Positions 8,791 to 17,764 of a DNA stretch of 64,000 bases are shown here, piece by piece. The position numbers and the translations under genes were made by a program. The stretch is from an uncultured virus (IMG/VR IMGVR_UViG_3300025879_001642) (Duplodnaviria > Heunggongvirae > Uroviricota > Caudoviricetes). The notes under the pieces are model-generated. The model saw only the letters and a program-made list of their open reading frames with translations, was not told the origin of the DNA and ran no database searches. Numbering within the stretch: position 1 is the stretch's first letter; every line of letters begins with the position of its first letter. The stretch lies in IMG/VR virus record IMGVR_UViG_3300025879_001642. One strand, written 5' to 3'.

Positions 8791-9935
8791 TTCTTTTCGT
8801 AAAGTTCTAAAATCAAATCTTCGTGGAACTTAACGTTCGCAGGATTCAGAGAAGCGTGTTCCCAAATAGTTTCCTTAGAAGCTTGTTTGTATTGTGCTAA
8901 GTTCTCATCGTGAGTCTCAAAAGCCTCAATCAACTTTTCTTTACCCATATTCACATCCCACCCTTCGTAGTAGTAACCTGCGTCTTTGATGAAGTGAGCG
9001 TTGTGGATAAGTGGGTAGTTACCGTAAAGTACATCATACCACATATAGTTAAGCGCATTTTCAGTTTGCCACGATACAACCGCATCGACATATTCTGACA
9101 TAAACCACGGTAATTTGTATCTCGCTTCAAACGATGCTTTGTTATCTTTAACAATATCTAAAGTGTTTGAGAAGTGTCTGAAAATCTCACCTTCTTTAAT
9201 CTTCGCAGCGTTAGTCACAAAGATATCTCCCATTCTATGCTCTTCCTCAGATAATCCTAAGTCTCTTTTGTAGTGACGATAAGTATCTTCCATAACTAAC
9301 ATCGGGTAGTGACAGGTCTTTAACATATTAATGTTTGGTTCAAACACTCCTAAGTTCCACTTAGCCTTTCCTGGCTGGTACTCGTACGGTTTCTTACATT
9401 GTTGAGCAACTTTATCAATAAAGAATGGGTCCCAAATGTGTGGTACTTCTTTAACCTCAGTATCGTAAGCCAATCTAAAGTAATGATAGTTAGTGTTGAT
9501 GTGTTGTGGTGTCGTCCAAATCGCATCATACTCAATTCCGATGAATACGGCACCTGGCTTTTGACCAAACAACGTTCTCTCAGTATCAATCCAAAAGTCG
9601 TTACCACCTTTGTACGCAACAACCTTACCTCCGTTATCTTTAACCTTACCAGTGATAACTGAACCTGTCTGAGCACCTAACTCAATAAGGAAGTCAATCT
9701 TATCTTCAACATCTGTGAATCTAACAACCTTCACATCCACATCGTCCATCATCAATAGAGATGGGTCTTCACCATCACCTACATTAATAATATAAATCTC
9801 GTTGAATTTATCTGATTGCTTTAGCAACTTATAGAACATCAATACGTTCTGTTTGATTCCGTTTGAGAAAATAGAATCACCGTCTTTCTTTATGTATAAT
9901 GATATTCCTATATCAATTTTACCGTTCTTTCCCAT
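8787..9935 (-). CDS. DUF2827-family putative glycosyltransferase
   Basis: SIFSNGIKQN, VPHIWDP, FEPNINMLKT, VVSWQTENALNY..YD.LYGNYPLIHN, GYYYEG. Confidence 0.8.
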   Translation of the reverse strand: MGKNGKIDIGISLYIKKDGDSIFSNGIKQNVLMFYKLLKQSDKFNEIYIINVGDGEDPSLLMMDDVDVKVVRFTDVEDKIDFLIELGAQTGSVITGKVKDNGGKVVAYKGGNDFWIDTERTLFGQKPGAVFIGIEYDAIWTTPQHINTNYHYFRLAYDTEVKEVPHIWDPFFIDKVAQQCKKPYEYQPGKAKWNLGVFEPNINMLKTCHYPMLVMEDTYRHYKRDLGLSEEEHRMGDIFVTNAAKIKEGEIFRHFSNTLDIVKDNKASFEARYKLPWFMSEYVDAVVSWQTENALNYMWYDVLYGNYPLIHNAHFIKDAGYYYEGWDVNMGKEKLIEAFETHDENLAQYKQASKETIWEHASLNPANVKFHEDLILELYEKK

Positions 9936-9993
9936 TATTTGTTATTAATTTATTTATTTAACCAACTAAGGTCTTTATTTAAATATCCGACGC

Positions 9994-10140
9994 TTAGTCA
10001 TTAATGAATATAGCCATAATAATATATACAATCAAGGTGGTTCCGAATGTTGACATTGCGGATATAACAAACCCAATTCTAAATAATATTGTAGGAATAT
10101 TTGTTATTCTCTCTAACCTTTTACACAATCCTGTTATCAT
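9994..10140 (-). CDS. PspC-domain miniprotein (48 aa)
   Basis: Manual translation MITGLCKRLERITNIPTILFRIGFVISAMSTFGTTLIVYIIMAIFIND; G-L-C...R...V...YII pattern of PspC. Confidence 0.65.
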   Translation of the reverse strand: MITGLCKRLERITNIPTILFRIGFVISAMSTFGTTLIVYIIMAIFIND

Positions 10141-10159
10141 AATTTTTTATTGTTTAATA

Positions 10160-10191
10160 CAAACTTACAAAGTTTTATTTTAACTACCAAA
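10160..10191 (-). promoter_or_regulatory. Bacteroidota housekeeping-sigma promoter
   Basis: TTTG-N20-TAAGTTTG. Confidence 0.8.
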
Positions 10192-10192
10192 T

Positions 10193-11263
10193 TTAATTTG
10201 ATAGTGGTGCTTTAATACTTGGGTGAGATTGATAATCATCTAATACAAAATCATTAACTCTCAAAATATCTATAATTGAATCGAAGTCTTTTAGATGGCT
10301 TTTGAAAAGTAACTTAGTTAATTTCATAGGCTCTCTACTAATCTGTTCTTTAGCTTGTTCAATATGATTTGAATATAAATGAACATCTCCTAAATTACCA
10401 ATTAATTCATCAGGAACCATATTTACTTCTTTAGCAATGATTTCCAATAACAATCCGTAAGAAGCAATATTAAATGGTAAACCCAAGAATGTATCTACTG
10501 AACGTTGATTCCACATTAAGGATATAGACCTCTTTGGTGTTGCCGTATAATAATCATCATCAAAATTAGGTATGTTAGATTCATTGTATTCCATACCCGT
10601 CTCATAATTATTTTTAAACCAATAGGCATACCTCTCATTATCACTCAACTCTCTTGTATAAACTTGAAAACCATAGTGGCATGGTGGAAGTGTCATTTGG
10701 TCTATCTCACCGACATTCCAAGCATTAACCATTAATCGTCTTGAGTCTGGATTTGTTTTTAAATCATTGATTAGGTTTTGGATTTGGTCTATTTGTTTTG
10801 TATAAACGCCAGGGTCAACTATTTTCTCATCACGAGTTGCATTTCTGCTCCAACTTCTCCATTGTTTACCATAAATTGGTCCTAATTCACCCCAATCTCT
10901 AGCAAAAGCATCATTAGTTTTAATTAACTCTATAAATTGTTCTTGAGTATATCGGGGTCCATGCCAACCGGGAACAAATTGGTCTGCGTACTTCTTATAA
11001 GCATCACCATTCCAAATGTTACACCCATTATCAACTAGGTATTTAATGTTAGTATCTCCTTTTAAAAACCAAAGTAACTCGGTTACCATAGTTTTAAACG
11101 CCATCTTCTTAGTAGTAAGAAGTGGGAAACCATCACTCATTTTATGTCTGATTTGTCTACCAAATACTGAAATAGTTCCAGTACCTGTCCTATCCTCTTT
11201 CTTTACTCCATTTTCAAGTACATCTTTTAGGAGTGATTGGTAATCTTTATCTAGTTTATTCAT
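10193..11263 (-). CDS. thyA: thymidylate synthase
   Basis: DRTGTGT, FPLLTTKK, ELLWFL, LGPIYGKQWR, SRRL, LPPCH, QRSVDTFLGLPFNIASY, GDVHLYSNH. Confidence 0.98.
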   Translation of the reverse strand: MNKLDKDYQSLLKDVLENGVKKEDRTGTGTISVFGRQIRHKMSDGFPLLTTKKMAFKTMVTELLWFLKGDTNIKYLVDNGCNIWNGDAYKKYADQFVPGWHGPRYTQEQFIELIKTNDAFARDWGELGPIYGKQWRSWSRNATRDEKIVDPGVYTKQIDQIQNLINDLKTNPDSRRLMVNAWNVGEIDQMTLPPCHYGFQVYTRELSDNERYAYWFKNNYETGMEYNESNIPNFDDDYYTATPKRSISLMWNQRSVDTFLGLPFNIASYGLLLEIIAKEVNMVPDELIGNLGDVHLYSNHIEQAKEQISREPMKLTKLLFKSHLKDFDSIIDILRVNDFVLDDYQSHPSIKAPLSN

Positions 11264-11264
11264 T

Positions 11265-11468
11265 TTAAAATTCGTTAAGGTCTGTTAAATCCAGTGTGGT
11301 TCCTGTAAGTTCACTTTTGACTTCTATGAATTGTCCTATCCCATCAGTATAAGTAATCCATTTAATCATACCAACTTGCCCGTGTATTGTTTTAATCGCA
11401 GCAACCCAAGTATTATAAGCCTTTTGTTGCTCATCGTTTAATTCGATATTGATTTGTTTATTTTTCAT
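11265..11468 (-). CDS. hypothetical protein
   Basis: 67-aa ORF adjacent to thyA. Confidence 0.7.
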   Translation of the reverse strand: MKNKQINIELNDEQQKAYNTWVAAIKTIHGQVGMIKWITYTDGIGQFIEVKSELTGTTLDLTDLNEF

Positions 11469-11625
11469 CTTTATTTAGTCTTCTATCAATTACTTCAAAT
11501 AATTCACGTTCAATTTCTTCTTCTGTTACATCATCTAAATTAAAGTACCAATCATCAAATCCTGGACGGTCATATAATTTATCTAATATCTCAGCAACTG
11601 CCTTCTTAATTTCTACGTTTTTCAT
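11458..11625 (-). CDS. small hypothetical protein (55 aa)
   Basis: Manual translation MKNVEIKKAVAEILDKLYDRPGFDDWYFNL... Confidence 0.6.
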   Translation of the reverse strand: MKNVEIKKAVAEILDKLYDRPGFDDWYFNLDDVTEEEIERELFEVIDRRLNKDEK

Positions 11626-11633
11626 TCTATAAT

Positions 11634-11915
11634 TTACGACTTTCTCTGTAAAAAGTCCATAGCCGATGTAAATAGTTTAATCCCCTCTAAAGAATCACCG
11701 TATTGTGGTATATTCCCTAAATTAGACATTAAATTATCATGTTCAGTATTTCCGACATACTTCTCTAAGAACTTAGCATGAACATCCACATACGTAAAAC
11801 CCTCGTCTAACTTCCACTTCTTTATGTCGTTAGCTAATACTTCAGACATTAAATTTTGGTAGTTATTATCCATCACTGTACTCCTTATATTTCCCTTTAT
11901 AATTGGATATCTCAT
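11634..11915 (-). CDS. hypothetical protein
   Basis: ORF in a co-directional run; true start uncertain. Confidence 0.6.
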   Translation of the reverse strand: MRYPIIKGNIRSTVMDNNYQNLMSEVLANDIKKWKLDEGFTYVDVHAKFLEKYVGNTEHDNLMSNLGNIPQYGDSLEGIKLFTSAMDFLQRKS

Positions 11916-12198
11916 CCATTAGTTTTTGGAGGTCAGAACACATCTCGTAGTTCTCAACCTCTTCAAAGTAATCCAAACTTAGTTCTAAGTTAAGTAGGAA
12001 ATCTGAATCTTCAGCACTAATAACCATCTCGTCATTATTCCCTTCAATCGTGAAGGACATAAGCTCAACGTTATTGTATTTATCTCCGTAAAAATTATCT
12101 CGTATTTTCTCGAAACAGGTGGTATGATACCACTCTGCATTGTCTCTAAGGTAGTTTAGTAAAACTTCTTCGTTTGATTCCATCATATAATTTTCCAT
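11866..12198 (-). CDS. hypothetical protein with UVR-like C-terminal helix pair (start reassigned downstream of the promoter)
   Basis: YFEEVENYEMCSDLQKL; the listed start at 12219 falls inside the -7 element. Confidence 0.6.
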   Translation of the reverse strand: MENYMMESNEEVLLNYLRDNAEWYHTTCFEKIRDNFYGDKYNNVELMSFTIEGNNDEMVISAEDSDFLLNLELSLDYFEEVENYEMCSDLQKLMDEISNYKGKYKEYSDG

Positions 12199-12216
12199 AA
12201 TTCGTATTGTATAGTA

Positions 12217-12248
12217 CAAATATATGAAAATTATTTAGTAATACCAAA
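12217..12248 (-). promoter_or_regulatory. Bacteroidota housekeeping-sigma promoter
   Basis: TTTG-N20-TATATTTG. Confidence 0.8.
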
Positions 12249-12255
12249 CAATTTA

Positions 12256-12528
12256 CTACTCAGAGTCCGTATTATTTCTACCACCCCATATCTTGTCAAC
12301 CGAAGTTAGACCTAAAGCCCCGAACGCTAAAGCAGCAACTGCATTGACTAACGCATCTGAAGGTGCAATAGTAATATCAGTAAAACTATTAGCAACCATA
12401 GTAGCACATAATGAAAGACCTGAGATTAGACCTAATAACCTTTTAGATGATGGTACACCATTCTCATCATTAAGTAATCCTTTAACCCAATTTAAAAGTT
12501 TGTTTGAACCGTTTTTGATAGCACCCAT
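12256..12528 (-). CDS. holin-like two-TM membrane protein
   Basis: SSKR followed by two hydrophobic helices ending FGALGLTSVDK; TATTTATA at 12545-12552. Confidence 0.55.
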   Translation of the reverse strand: MGAIKNGSNKLLNWVKGLLNDENGVPSSKRLLGLISGLSLCATMVANSFTDITIAPSDALVNAVAALAFGALGLTSVDKIWGGRNNTDSE

Positions 12529-12554
12529 AATATAATTCTTTCTATATAAATAGT

Positions 12555-13259
12555 CTAAAGAATCTGTTTGGGGGCATTTCTATTTAGTATTTTTCTTCTA
12601 ACGATAGGAAGTACCGTACTGTTGAAAGGGTATGGTTGGTGTCCTTTAACCACATAACAGTTAATCGTGGTTTTATCTGTTTGTTGTATTAAATGAAATT
12701 TAACATCGTATATGGATTCAAACCTATTTTTAGGTAAGGTCTCTACTTTTTCAATATACACAAACCTATTTCCATTAACATCGATTAATATATTACCAAT
12801 ATTATATTGGTATAGGTCCAACTCGTTACCTTCAAAGATAATATAACCTGACTCTTCATCGGGAGAACCAACTCCCAACTTCTTAACTTCTATGTCTTCA
12901 GAGATTTCACCGTATATTACAATACCCATTTGAGTATAATCCAATAAAGTATCTAACCCCCACTGTATGATTTCTGATAACTCTTCAGTTATGTCTTGGT
13001 TAGCATACTCATTAACCTCGTATATTATCTCTCTCTTTTCTAAATCTATCCCCACCATTTCTTTAGGGAATAAATCTTCAATTTCTTTTTTGTTCTTACT
13101 AATCGTATTTAGTATCCCGTGATACTCAACCAAATTTGTTAGGTGAGGGTATAGTTTATATTGGTCCCAATCATTATCAACATCTTTCAAATAAGACATC
13201 AACTTATACTGCTTATACTCTAAATCTATCGGACCAACATCTAACCACTCTATTATCAT
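12555..13259 (-). CDS. hypothetical protein resembling a conserved Bacteroidota family
   Basis: IDLEYKQYKLMSYL...KLYPHL and C-terminal PFNSTVLPIVRR; family recalled from memory. Confidence 0.55.
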   Translation of the reverse strand: MIIEWLDVGPIDLEYKQYKLMSYLKDVDNDWDQYKLYPHLTNLVEYHGILNTISKNKKEIEDLFPKEMVGIDLEKREIIYEVNEYANQDITEELSEIIQWGLDTLLDYTQMGIVIYGEISEDIEVKKLGVGSPDEESGYIIFEGNELDLYQYNIGNILIDVNGNRFVYIEKVETLPKNRFESIYDVKFHLIQQTDKTTINCYVVKGHQPYPFNSTVLPIVRRKILNRNAPKQIL

Positions 13260-14686
13260 AGTTTTACTAAATTTCCTTTTTTAAACTCTTCGTAATTCTC
13301 TCCCTTCTTAAATTTATAATACTTACCGTCTCTTACGTATTGTATGATACCCGCATTTTTTAAAGAAGAAAAGAATGTTGAAAAGTATCCTCCAATATTA
13401 ATTGGACTACCCCCATTATAGAATACCCCATTTTTCTCAGTTAATTTACCAGTCTTTAAAAAGAAATCTTTTTTACTACCTAAACCGTTATCACCTAAGT
13501 CATCCAAATATTTAACCATCTGTTGGGTCAATTTACCATTACGGTTAAACTTATATGTTGACATCCTGTTGGTATCACTCCAAAAAGCCTTACCCGTTAA
13601 CTCTTTAAGTTTTTCAGGTGTAAAGTATCTCTCCGATATGTATTTCTGTAACATATCCTTAAACTTCTTAAAACTAACGTAATCACCATTAGACTTATAA
13701 CGACCATCTCTTAATTCTGTATCCTCTCCATCATCACCAGGATAGTATCTTAATCCGTCAGTCACCTGAAGGTTCGCATGTAACCCATTATTAGTATGAA
13801 CTATTTTAACCGATGCAGTAAAATGTACATTATCCTCATCTTTAAACCTGAAATTTAATTCAATATTAGAACCATAAACCTCAACATCACCTATATTAAT
13901 CTTAAGTTGTTTTACCGCTAAATCTTTATACTTTATTTCTAAATCTAAGATATATGGTACATTATCTAACTTTAACGCCTCAAATGTTTTATTTACCTTA
14001 TCCTCATTAGACCTATTATCATTTTTCTTTTCATTTACATATTTGATTATTGTCTCATAAATACCATCACCTAAAACCATCTTAGATAACTTTTGCTCAC
14101 CCCTACCTAATCTATCATCTTTAGAGTCATACCACGTCTCGTTATTATTATATATATTATAATGAATCGCCATTTTATAGTATGGGTTATCCTTTGTGAA
14201 TTTCTTTAAGAAAATATAGAACAATATACCACTACTCGTATAATTTGAAAATGCTTGAGGGTTTTTAGCCGTGGTACACCACTTAGTACCCGCACCATAC
14301 TTACACGAAGCCTCGTGTGTCTTTGGGACGACAACCAATACATCCTCAGTATCTATAATCTTATCGTAGTCATCACCAACTTCTAACTTATCAGGTCTAT
14401 CACCTTCATATTTAGCTATGACATCAAATAACTCTGAGTATGTTTTGTATTGGTTAATATCTTTCTTCTCTAAGTTCTTACGATATTTCTCGAATTTTTC
14501 AATAGTGTCATCTCCATCTTCAATCCTTTCGATGTCACTACCTGTACTATAGTATTGTTTTAAATACCAATCAGCATACTTGTAATTTGTCTTAACGTGA
14601 ATATCTGAGTTGGTTAGATAGTCCTTAATCAACTCCTCATCACCATACTTAGCAATTAAATTTTCTTTTCTTCCTTCGTTTAACAT
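13256..14686 (-). CDS. phage protein with G-T-x-W-C-T (PcfJ-related) domain
   Basis: DINQYK, ASCKYGAGTKWCTT, WYDSKD; paralogous core in 50087..51532. Confidence 0.6.
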   Translation of the reverse strand: MLNEGRKENLIAKYGDEELIKDYLTNSDIHVKTNYKYADWYLKQYYSTGSDIERIEDGDDTIEKFEKYRKNLEKKDINQYKTYSELFDVIAKYEGDRPDKLEVGDDYDKIIDTEDVLVVVPKTHEASCKYGAGTKWCTTAKNPQAFSNYTSSGILFYIFLKKFTKDNPYYKMAIHYNIYNNNETWYDSKDDRLGRGEQKLSKMVLGDGIYETIIKYVNEKKNDNRSNEDKVNKTFEALKLDNVPYILDLEIKYKDLAVKQLKINIGDVEVYGSNIELNFRFKDEDNVHFTASVKIVHTNNGLHANLQVTDGLRYYPGDDGEDTELRDGRYKSNGDYVSFKKFKDMLQKYISERYFTPEKLKELTGKAFWSDTNRMSTYKFNRNGKLTQQMVKYLDDLGDNGLGSKKDFFLKTGKLTEKNGVFYNGGSPINIGGYFSTFFSSLKNAGIIQYVRDGKYYKFKKGENYEEFKKGNLVKL

Positions 14687-14689
14687 ATC

Positions 14690-15778
14690 TTAATTGGTTC
14701 TATATACATAATAACTTACACCATCAATATCTTGGTATTCTTCATTACCATCATAATGTGAAAGAGTGTTACCCCTTCCGTCATGCCTTAAGATATCATC
14801 AGCAACACCATCCATATCTACGTAATCTTTAACATCCCATCCTTCATATTCTAAGTTTACATAATCTGACATTAAATCTTCTGCCCTATCATTAGCCATC
14901 TCTTCAGCCTTCTCTTCAATATCATCATCACTAGGGTGTGTCTCTTCGTCATCCTCATCATAGTCCTCGAAGTAATCTGATAGGTCATAGGTAATATCAT
15001 CTCTGTAATGTTCCAAATAGGAAGCTACCAAATCTTCTTTTAACCGACTATCATTAATATTATCTTCGATAACCCATGAACTAATACCTTCGATACCTAA
15101 CTCATCTAATTGATTAGTTAACGATTCTTTTGCCGCATCATCAGCCTCTTCATCTGTACCAACCGCATACTCCCCGTAACTATCACAATCAAAATGCCTT
15201 AATCCGTAATGTTCCCATTGTGATTCGTATAATATTGCGTAGATACCATACTCATCAACCATTTCTTCTGCTTCGTCATATTGAGCTTCTAACGTATCTA
15301 TTTTAAGTTCGACGTATTCAATCTTATCGTCGTATTTACCATCATCGTTAATATCTGTTAGTCTCTCTAACTTATTCTTTAACTTTTTGATTTTAGGACC
15401 TAACTCGTTAATCTCATCTACATAGATATCAATTTCTTCAACACCTTCATTTTCTATTAAGTGTAGATACACTGCCTGAGCATGTGGGTCGTCTTCATAA
15501 ACCTTATTTTCTTTATTAGTCGCTTTTGTTCTTCTAATCTCAAGTTGTCTTTGACGTTCCCTCTCTTTAAATTCTCTATCACGCTTCTCCTTTGCTATCA
15601 TTTCGTCATTCTGTTTTGACGCTCTATCGATAACCTCTTGGTCCACACCAAACTTTTTCATTGAGTCTAATGCCGTTTGTCTATCTTTTGCCTTATCTTC
15701 GGAGTTGTCGTACTTTTTTTGAAAGTCATATCCAAAATATTTATAAATCTTTTCAGTTGATTTTTCTTTCCAATTCAT
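14690..15778 (-). CDS. acidic hypothetical protein
   Basis: 362 aa; TATTTATT motif at 15797-15804. Confidence 0.75.
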   Translation of the reverse strand: MNWKEKSTEKIYKYFGYDFQKKYDNSEDKAKDRQTALDSMKKFGVDQEVIDRASKQNDEMIAKEKRDREFKERERQRQLEIRRTKATNKENKVYEDDPHAQAVYLHLIENEGVEEIDIYVDEINELGPKIKKLKNKLERLTDINDDGKYDDKIEYVELKIDTLEAQYDEAEEMVDEYGIYAILYESQWEHYGLRHFDCDSYGEYAVGTDEEADDAAKESLTNQLDELGIEGISSWVIEDNINDSRLKEDLVASYLEHYRDDITYDLSDYFEDYDEDDEETHPSDDDIEEKAEEMANDRAEDLMSDYVNLEYEGWDVKDYVDMDGVADDILRHDGRGNTLSHYDGNEEYQDIDGVSYYVYRTN

Positions 15779-15866
15779 TTTAGTCAGTCGTTTAGTAATA
15801 AATAGTTCATTATTTGACTTTGTATATAGAAAAAGATAATATTTAGTTAAATCAAAAACATAATTT

Positions 15867-16439
15867 ATGCGTTATCGTTACGACAAAAACTCATTAGAAT
15901 TTAGTAAAGACAACAAAAGTATCTTTATCTGTATTTTAATCTCACTAACATTAGTCGTGGTATCTTACTTTGTTGGTAAGTATTCACATAAACCTTCAGA
16001 AATTGTTGAGTTGGAAAAAGAACTAATCATTATTAAAAACGAATGTCATACCACACCATTTTATAGAGACACTCTCATCAGTGAATTAAAAAGACTTAAC
16101 GTTAACTTTCCACATATCGTATTAGCACAGTCAATCGTTGAAACAGGTCATTGGACCAGTACCATCTTTATTGAGAATAATAACTTATTTGGAATGAAAG
16201 AAGCCTCTATTAGAATTCACACTTCTATAGGGACTCAAAGAGGACACGCATATTACACCAATTGGAAAGAATCACTTTACGATTATTGTTTCTACCAAAG
16301 TAGATATCTAAGTAAGTTAAAAACTGAAGAAGAGTATTACAATTATTTAAGTAGGTCATACGCAGAAGCCGATAACTATATATCATCACTTAAAAGGGTA
16401 ATAAAAAAGGAAAAACTGAAGGAACTATTTAACGACTAA
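15867..16439 (+). CDS. membrane-anchored glucosaminidase (GH73-like peptidoglycan hydrolase)
   Basis: N-terminal TM; LAQSIVETG, NNLFGMK, YAEADNY motifs. Confidence 0.8.
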   Translation: MRYRYDKNSLEFSKDNKSIFICILISLTLVVVSYFVGKYSHKPSEIVELEKELIIIKNECHTTPFYRDTLISELKRLNVNFPHIVLAQSIVETGHWTSTIFIENNNLFGMKEASIRIHTSIGTQRGHAYYTNWKESLYDYCFYQSRYLSKLKTEEEYYNYLSRSYAEADNYISSLKRVIKKEKLKELFND

Positions 16440-17515
16440 TAGTCGTGAATGTAATCGGTAAAGATTTCATTCATATCTTTTTCGAGAATAGTCGAATCTG
16501 CATAGTCAGGGTAACTAGCACTCAAAGAATCTTGGTAGGATAAATTATCACAATATTCTTCTAACACAGTTTCAAAACCACCGTAATACCAAAGGTCCTG
16601 ACCCTCATCTATTATGTATTGGATAACATCAGTATAAATATTAGTAACGTCAATCTCCGTATTAACTATTGAATACGTATATTTATCCCCGTTACGATGA
16701 TATCCAACACCTGTCTTACCAGTATCTACCTGAGTATGTTTAGAACCAAAGAAATTCTCTATCGCTTCGTATACATTATTATACGCTTCGGATTCTAATG
16801 CCGACTCATAAGAGTAGTTGTAAATACGTCTTAGATTATCCTTTAAACCCTCAAAGAAATCTATTCCTATTAATGCATCTGCAATTGTTGAGTTACTCAT
16901 AAAAATCTCATCAAACGTTTCTTTAGTTAACTCACCGTCATCCTGTGAGATAACATCACTCAACATCTCATTGTCCCCATCGTAATTAACATACTCTCCG
17001 AAACCTTGCTCTAACATTAAATCTTTTAATTCTTTTAAATTAACGTCATTTAATGAATCAAGTATATCATCTTCAATACTAATATATTCTGAGAAGTCAC
17101 TTCCTGAATAAAAATCACCTTCACCAACTAATATATTTTCAATCCAATCAGTCCCCATATTACGGTCACTATAGAAAAATTTAGTCAACTCGTCAGCACT
17201 ATTTAATACCATAATCACCTTATCGTTCCTAACCTCAATGTCAGGAAATCCAGGTGCCGTATGTTTTATTAATCTATGATTGTCTTTACTACTAATTAAT
17301 GTTTGGAGAATCGTGTTGTATGTAACTTCATCGTATGAGTCTTCATCTGATACCATATCAATCAGAAAACTATCTAATTGATTACGCATTATTAAATACT
17401 TATATAAATTTTCAGGGTCCCCTTCAAAAGTCTTTGCTATTATACTGAACTTATTTTCAGTAATAGGTACCACACCTTCTTTAATAATTTGTTTAATAGT
17501 CTCGATTAACCTCAT
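16436..17515 (-). CDS. acidic hypothetical protein, putative head cargo
   Basis: N-terminus MRLIETIKQIIKEG; TATTTATT 3 nt before the ATG. Confidence 0.7.
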   Translation of the reverse strand: MRLIETIKQIIKEGVVPITENKFSIIAKTFEGDPENLYKYLIMRNQLDSFLIDMVSDEDSYDEVTYNTILQTLISSKDNHRLIKHTAPGFPDIEVRNDKVIMVLNSADELTKFFYSDRNMGTDWIENILVGEGDFYSGSDFSEYISIEDDILDSLNDVNLKELKDLMLEQGFGEYVNYDGDNEMLSDVISQDDGELTKETFDEIFMSNSTIADALIGIDFFEGLKDNLRRIYNYSYESALESEAYNNVYEAIENFFGSKHTQVDTGKTGVGYHRNGDKYTYSIVNTEIDVTNIYTDVIQYIIDEGQDLWYYGGFETVLEEYCDNLSYQDSLSASYPDYADSTILEKDMNEIFTDYIHDY

Positions 17516-17527
17516 CCTAATAAATAG

Positions 17528-17650
17528 TTACTTCTTTATTTTATTGTATTTGTTAATCACAACTTTAATTTGATTTTTTAATTCGTCGTTTGTAACAACA
17601 GGTTTTTGAGGAACCTGATTTGTACTTTTCTTTTTACATCCACAACCCAT
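17528..17650 (-). CDS. small basic protein with MGCGC N-terminus (40 aa)
   Basis: Manual translation MGCGCKKKSTNQVPQKPVVTNDELKNQIKVVINKYNKIKK; own TATTTATA at 17682-17689. Confidence 0.7.
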   Translation of the reverse strand: MGCGCKKKSTNQVPQKPVVTNDELKNQIKVVINKYNKIKK

Positions 17651-17715
17651 AATCTTTTTTTTTAAGGTATTTATTCTTTATTATAAATATACACTATTAC
17701 CATAATTAAATAAAC

Positions 17716-17744
17716 AAAAAACCCCCACATTTCTGTGAGGGTTT
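17716..17744 (-). terminator. intrinsic terminator closing the collagen operon
   Basis: Minus strand AAACCCTCACA-GAAA-TGTGGGGGTTTTTT. Confidence 0.85.
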
Positions 17745-17764
17745 CTTATCTTTAATCTTAAGTA

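Noticed and set aside
10193..11263. Intron or intein in thyA
   Set aside because: Continuous ORF; the extra segments are short in-frame insertions without splicing motifs.
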